44,620 nucleotides of DNA from an uncultured delta proteobacterium (GTDB lineage Bacteria; Myxococcota_A; Polyangia; Polyangiales; Ga0077539), in the NCBI GenBank assembly GCA_903860995.1, contig CAIOSS010000784.1:1-44620 (forward strand), read 5' to 3'. Shown in pieces: positions 40,407-44,620 of this stretch. A program made the translations under genes and the position numbers. Position 1 is the first letter of the stretch; every line of letters starts with the position of its first letter. The notes beneath the pieces are model-generated. The model was not told the DNA's origin. It did not search any database and worked only from the letters and a program-made list of their open reading frames with translations.

Positions 40407-42347
40407 TTACTCCCACCACACCCGCGGGCGCACGCCGGACGCGACGCCGTCGACGCGGAACTCGAACCGCGTCGACCCGGGAGTGGCGGGCGCGCGCACG
40501 GACGCGACCCAGGCGTCGCCCTCGCGCCGGGGCGGGGCCACGACCTCGCCGCCGCCATGGGTGATCGCGAGGGTGACGGCGCCCGCCGCGAGGGGCGTGA
40601 ACCGGAACGTCACCAGGCTCTGGCCGTCGGCCGGCGCCCGCCGCGTCTCCGGGGTGACGCGCAGCAGCGGCGGCTCGCGGAGCGTGTGGACCCGCCCCGC
40701 GGCGAGGTTCTCCACCACCTGCACGGCCCCGGAGGGCCAGCGCACCTCGACCCGTGCGGCCTGCGTCTCGGCCCCGAGCCCCGCGAAGATCAGGGGCTCC
40801 GAGACGCTGTGCGGCGACGAGATCCCGCCCATGAAGAACCGCATCGGGGCGTCCGCACGGCGCGCCTGCACGAGCACGACGGCGTTGAGCCCGTAGGCGT
40901 TGCTGGTCGTCCCGCGGAGCGCGAGGGCGAGGCCGTGGTGACCGTTGTCGATGTCGTTGCGCAGCACGCGCGGCGCGAAGCGGTGGCCGCCCACGAGCAG
41001 GTCGGCGTCGGCGTCGCCGTCCAGGTCGCCCACCCACAGCGAGCGCCAGTGGCCGAGCTGGCGCTGGAGCCCGGTGAGGGCCGTGATGTCGACGAAGCGC
41101 AGTCCTCCGGCGTTCCAGTGGAGTGTTGGGTGCTGCACCCCGATGAAGCGCTGGGTGTCCTCGTCGGGGATGAAATCGTCGCCGTGGACGTTCACCGTGT
41201 CGAGGCGGCCATCCTGGTCGAAGTCGATGAAGGCCACGCCCCACGGGATCATGCCCCTGGCGGTCTCGACGGCGCGCGTCTCGCTGAACGACGCCTGCGG
41301 CGCGAGGTCGCGCAGCGGCCACGCGGACCCCCCGAGGAAGACATCGTGGCGAGGGTTGAGGGAGACCGCGAGGTCGAGCCGGTCGTCGCCGTCGAGGAAG
41401 CCCACCCACGCGCCCATCGGGGCCCGGCACGAGAGGTTCGGGCACATGTCCGGCCGCGGCTGGCGATAGTCCGCGTCGGGGCGCGTGAGGTCGAAGCCCT
41501 CGAAGCGCGGCAGCCCCGCTGCGTCGAGCGACGCCTGCCGGTGGAACATCTGCTCGCTGTTGGCGCACGTCGCGAACGTCGCGAGCACCATCGGGTCGGG
41601 GCCGAGCGGCGAGGCCAGGAGCGCGTACGCCCCGCCGAAGGGGTTGTCGGCGATGAGGTCGGTGCGCTCCGCGAAGGTCCGGGGTCCGGTGCGTAGCAGG
41701 AGGCGGTAGGCGCGGCAGTCGGGGCAGCAGTCCCGCTGGCCGGTGAGCAGGTCGAGCCAGCCGTCGCCGTCGATGTCCTGCACGTGGAGGCCCATGATCT
41801 GGAAGGGGCGCGTGTCTTCCGGCTGACGATCCAGGAGCATGACCGGCGGCTCGAACCGGCCGCCCGCCATGCCCCACGCGACGGACGGTCGGTTCTCGAT
41901 GAGGTCGAGGTACCCGTCGCCGTCGAGGTCGAGCAGCGCCATGGGCATCGCGCCGCCGCGCACGTCCGGAAGGTCTATCGGGGTCAGCGCGCCGCGGTCG
42001 CGGCGGTAGGTCCACGCGAGCGCCATGGGCGGGCGACCGAACGAGGACACCGACCCCATCAGCACCTCCGGGTCGCCGTCGCCGTCGAGGTCCCCCGCGA
42101 CGATCCCGGTGAGCCCGATGGGGTCCCCCGACATGAGCCCATCGGGCGGAAACGCTACCCCCGGGGTGATGTCATACGGCACCGCTGTGAAGCCCGCCCC
42201 GAGGGTCGTCGGAGACGGCGCGTCCGGGGCGCCGGCGTCGCTGGTCCGCGGGGCTTCGCTCTCACGACAGCCCGCTCCGGCAAGGGCGACGAGCAGGGCG
42301 ACGCGAGCCGGTGGATGCGACCAACAAGCCACGACCATCAGGATCAC
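40407..42347 (-). CDS. FG-GAP repeat / ASPIC(UnbV)-type lipoprotein with Ig-like tail
   Basis: This is a 646-aa ORF from GTG 42347, with ATG 42338 as an alternative start. The lipobox is LLVALAGAGC. Loops are DLDGDGDPE, DLDGDGYLD, DIDGDGWLD, DGDDRLD, DFDQDGRLD and DLDGDADAD. It has an ASPIC-like segment and its tail ends RPRVWWE. The stop lies 28 nt before paralogue 3. Confidence 0.9.
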   Translation of the reverse strand: MILMVVACWSHPPARVALLVALAGAGCRESEAPRTSDAGAPDAPSPTTLGAGFTAVPYDITPGVAFPPDGLMSGDPIGLTGIVAGDLDGDGDPEVLMGSVSSFGRPPMALAWTYRRDRGALTPIDLPDVRGGAMPMALLDLDGDGYLDLIENRPSVAWGMAGGRFEPPVMLLDRQPEDTRPFQIMGLHVQDIDGDGWLDLLTGQRDCCPDCRAYRLLLRTGPRTFAERTDLIADNPFGGAYALLASPLGPDPMVLATFATCANSEQMFHRQASLDAAGLPRFEGFDLTRPDADYRQPRPDMCPNLSCRAPMGAWVGFLDGDDRLDLAVSLNPRHDVFLGGSAWPLRDLAPQASFSETRAVETARGMIPWGVAFIDFDQDGRLDTVNVHGDDFIPDEDTQRFIGVQHPTLHWNAGGLRFVDITALTGLQRQLGHWRSLWVGDLDGDADADLLVGGHRFAPRVLRNDIDNGHHGLALALRGTTSNAYGLNAVVLVQARRADAPMRFFMGGISSPHSVSEPLIFAGLGAETQAARVEVRWPSGAVQVVENLAAGRVHTLREPPLLRVTPETRRAPADGQSLVTFRFTPLAAGAVTLAITHGGGEVVAPPRREGDAWVASVRAPATPGSTRFEFRVDGVASGVRPRVWWE

Positions 42348-42378
42348 ACACCGTCATGGCGGCGAACAGACACGCGCT

Positions 42379-44400
42379 TCAGTCCCACCAGATTCGCGGT
42401 CGGACCGTCAGGGACCGCCCCCCGATGCGCACGGTGACCACCGTGGAGGCGCCCGGGGTCGACGGGGCGGTGACCCGGGCGCTCCACCCGGCGGCGTCGC
42501 GCGTGGGGGGGCTGAGCGTGCCGGGGCCGGAGAGGGAGAGTTCCACCGCGGCGTCCGTTCGCAGGGTGCCGTCGAGGTTGCGCGGGGTGACGCGCAGGGT
42601 CGCGACGCTGCGGCCGTCGGCCGGCAGGTGGCGCCCCGATGGCTCGACCACCACGGTGGCAGGCTCCGTGACCTCGTGGGTGCTGCCGGCCCGGAGGTCG
42701 CGGAGTTCCTGCACGGTCCCCGAGGGCCAGGCCACCTGCAGGCGCGCGACCCGGTCGGCCCGGCCCAGCCCGAGAAACACCAGCGGATCGGAGACGATGT
42801 ACGGGTTCGAGACGCCGCCCACGTAGCGGCGCAGGGGGCCCTGGGCCTCATCGATCCAGACGGTGAGCCAGGCGCCGACGCCCAGGTGGTTGCTGGTCGT
42901 CCCATGGAGCCGCAGGGCCAGCCCGCGGTTGCCGTTCTCGATGTCGTTGCGATACAGCCGGGGGAGTTCGAGCTGGCCGCCGATGGCGAGGTCGGGGTCG
43001 GCGTCGCCGTCGAAGTCCCGCAGCAACACCGTGCGATACTGCCCGCGCCGCCCGAGGTGGAGCGCGTCGGTGACGGGGGTGAAGCGGAGCCCGCCGGCGT
43101 TCCAGTAGGCGCCCACGAACTGCGGCCCGATGAAGCGCTCTGGAACGTCGAACCACGCGCCGCCGTCGTTGCCGTGGGCGATGATCCAGTCGAGCCGGGT
43201 GTCGCGGTCGAGGTCGACGAAGACCGTGCCCCAGGGGATCATCGCCCGACCGCTGTCCGCGAGCGTGGTCGGGACGCCGGCGGCGGCGGTGACGTCCTCG
43301 AAGGGCCACGTCGCGGTGCCGCGGAAGAGCTGGTGGTAGGGGTTGAGCGAGAAGGCCAGGTCGAGCCGACCGTCGTTGTCGAGGTCGTCGGCGCAGACCG
43401 CCATCGGGGAGTTGAACGCGATCGATGGAGAGCCCACCTGATCGCCGCGAAAGAACGCGCGGCTGGGCACCGGATCGAAGGGGCGGAACCGCGGCATCCC
43501 CGCCGAATCGCCGCCGTCCTGGTGGTAGAATACCGGGGCGTCGGTGGGGTCCACGCAGCTCCAGCCGACCGAGAGCAGCACCTTATCGCCGGACGCGAAG
43601 GTGCCGGAGAACACCGCGTAGGGCTTGCTGCTCCTCTCGATGTCGACGAGGTCCTGCCGCTCGTCGAAGGTGCGCGGGCCGGTGCGGAAGTACGCGTGCA
43701 GGTCGCGACACGGCAGCTGGCAGCACTCCGCGCCGACCAGCAGGTCGAGCCAGCCGTCGCCGTCGATGTCGTCGAGGGCGTAGGCGTTGATGCGCGAGGC
43801 CGCCCCCCAGTCCTGCGGCGTGGCGTCGAGCGGGGCGGGCGCCGCGTAGGCCCCGCGGCCCTGCCCCCACGCAACGGCCTGCGCGCGGTCGAGGGCGAGC
43901 AGGTCGGTCACGCCGTCGCCGTCGAGGTCGAGGGTGCCCGCGAGCGGGGGCATGTCCGGCAGCCGGATCGACGGGACCCGGTTGAACCGCCGCGCCGATG
44001 GGTCGTAGCGGTACACCGCCGTCGGCGCGGGGGGCGGGTTGAAGAACGGGCGCCCGCCCTGCCAGTGTACCAGGACGAGCTCGTCGCCTGCCTCGTGGTC
44101 GACGTCGCCGAGGAGCGCGAAGACGTCGTCGTTGGCGTCCATGCCCGGTCGCGCCGCGGGGATCGAGAACGGGCGCTCCTGCTCGATGTTCGAGGTGATG
44201 TCGGTGAAGCCGGCGCCGAAGAGCCCCTCGGCCGGGACCTCCGGGAGGCCGCGGTCCACGGGGGCCGCCGGGACGTCCCGGGGCGGCGAGGCGGCGTCGG
44301 TCGATGGGCAGGGCCCCGCGCACGGCGCCTCGTCACAGCCGGCGAGCGCCAGCACGCCCGCCAGCGCCACGCGGGTCCCCCGGGATTGAATCATCGCCAT
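42379..44400 (-). CDS. FG-GAP repeat / ASPIC(UnbV)-type lipoprotein with Ig-like tail
   Basis: The track ORF is 42379-44430. ATG 44400 (MAMIQSRGTRVALAGVLALAGC) gives a clean lipoprotein signal. The protein is very similar to 5360-7369 over long stretches, for example NSPMA.CADDLD.DGRLDLA...FEDVTAAAGVPTT. The tail ends RPRIWWD. Confidence 0.9.
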   Translation of the reverse strand: MAMIQSRGTRVALAGVLALAGCDEAPCAGPCPSTDAASPPRDVPAAPVDRGLPEVPAEGLFGAGFTDITSNIEQERPFSIPAARPGMDANDDVFALLGDVDHEAGDELVLVHWQGGRPFFNPPPAPTAVYRYDPSARRFNRVPSIRLPDMPPLAGTLDLDGDGVTDLLALDRAQAVAWGQGRGAYAAPAPLDATPQDWGAASRINAYALDDIDGDGWLDLLVGAECCQLPCRDLHAYFRTGPRTFDERQDLVDIERSSKPYAVFSGTFASGDKVLLSVGWSCVDPTDAPVFYHQDGGDSAGMPRFRPFDPVPSRAFFRGDQVGSPSIAFNSPMAVCADDLDNDGRLDLAFSLNPYHQLFRGTATWPFEDVTAAAGVPTTLADSGRAMIPWGTVFVDLDRDTRLDWIIAHGNDGGAWFDVPERFIGPQFVGAYWNAGGLRFTPVTDALHLGRRGQYRTVLLRDFDGDADPDLAIGGQLELPRLYRNDIENGNRGLALRLHGTTSNHLGVGAWLTVWIDEAQGPLRRYVGGVSNPYIVSDPLVFLGLGRADRVARLQVAWPSGTVQELRDLRAGSTHEVTEPATVVVEPSGRHLPADGRSVATLRVTPRNLDGTLRTDAAVELSLSGPGTLSPPTRDAAGWSARVTAPSTPGASTVVTVRIGGRSLTVRPRIWWD

Positions 44401-44620
44401 CGAATAGGGACCAGGAGATCGTCGACCCACCCGCTACGATAGGGTCACGAGCGAAGGCCGGTCAACGTGAGCCGCCGGCCCTGGGATTCGGAGTAGGCGT
44501 CTCCGGGCCGGATCGGGAGGACCGACGGGGGACGAGGCGTGACCGGACGCCGCCTGGCCGCCGGGACATCGGCGCCGCCGCGCTCTGCGCGTCGGGTGGG
44601 TTGAGTTTTCGGGAGCCCGC

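Overview
This is a 44.6-kb, very GC-rich bacterial window in which third codon positions are almost all G/C. The gene families point to Myxococcota, which is an inference. They include DPxNCGGCG Cys-rich repeat lipoproteins, FG-GAP/ASPIC(UnbV)-type lipoproteins, a DUF1592-like/DUF1552-like pair and many lipoboxes. All domain calls were made by eye from motifs, with no searches run. I can support about 33 protein genes. I saw no rRNA, tRNA, CRISPR array or IS element.

Three themes stand out:

1. Maintenance/mobility backbone. It consists of a tyrosine recombinase (4050-5279), ParA plus a ribbon-helix-helix partner (11408-12410), and shared AGACGTCT / CGTTGAAACGTCT iterons at 5287-5356, 11334-11402 and 12193-12216. 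Two low-GC intergenic regions full of nested inverted repeats (3885-4023 and 12453-12660) lie at its edges.

2. Repeated exported-protein cassettes. A Cys-rich repeat protein is followed by an FG-GAP/ASPIC lipoprotein at 1-3013 and at 5360-8248. Two more FG-GAP/ASPIC paralogues sit in tandem at 40407-44400.

3. Best candidate for an undescribed system. Its parts are:
- a minus-strand operon (15344-26413) joining RmlA/RmlB (dTDP-sugar activation, with no RmlC/RmlD visible) to a 1186-aa double radical-SAM fusion, an 866-aa B12-like/radical-SAM-like protein with a C-terminal PPCC...PCx3C domain, an exported protein and a GT-C-like polytopic membrane protein;
- a second PPCC-domain gene divergent from a second double radical-SAM gene (31610-34629);
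- three ~560-aa paralogous membrane proteins with an invariant HTL(I/V)HENHH(G/A)Y loop motif (8968-10653, 26790-28469, 38690-40378), each next to extended-SDR epimerase/dehydratase genes and/or the FG-GAP/Cys-rich lipoprotein genes.

My working hypothesis is a radical-SAM-tailored deoxysugar pathway feeding periplasmic modification of exported lipoproteins or a surface glycan. No step of it is proven.
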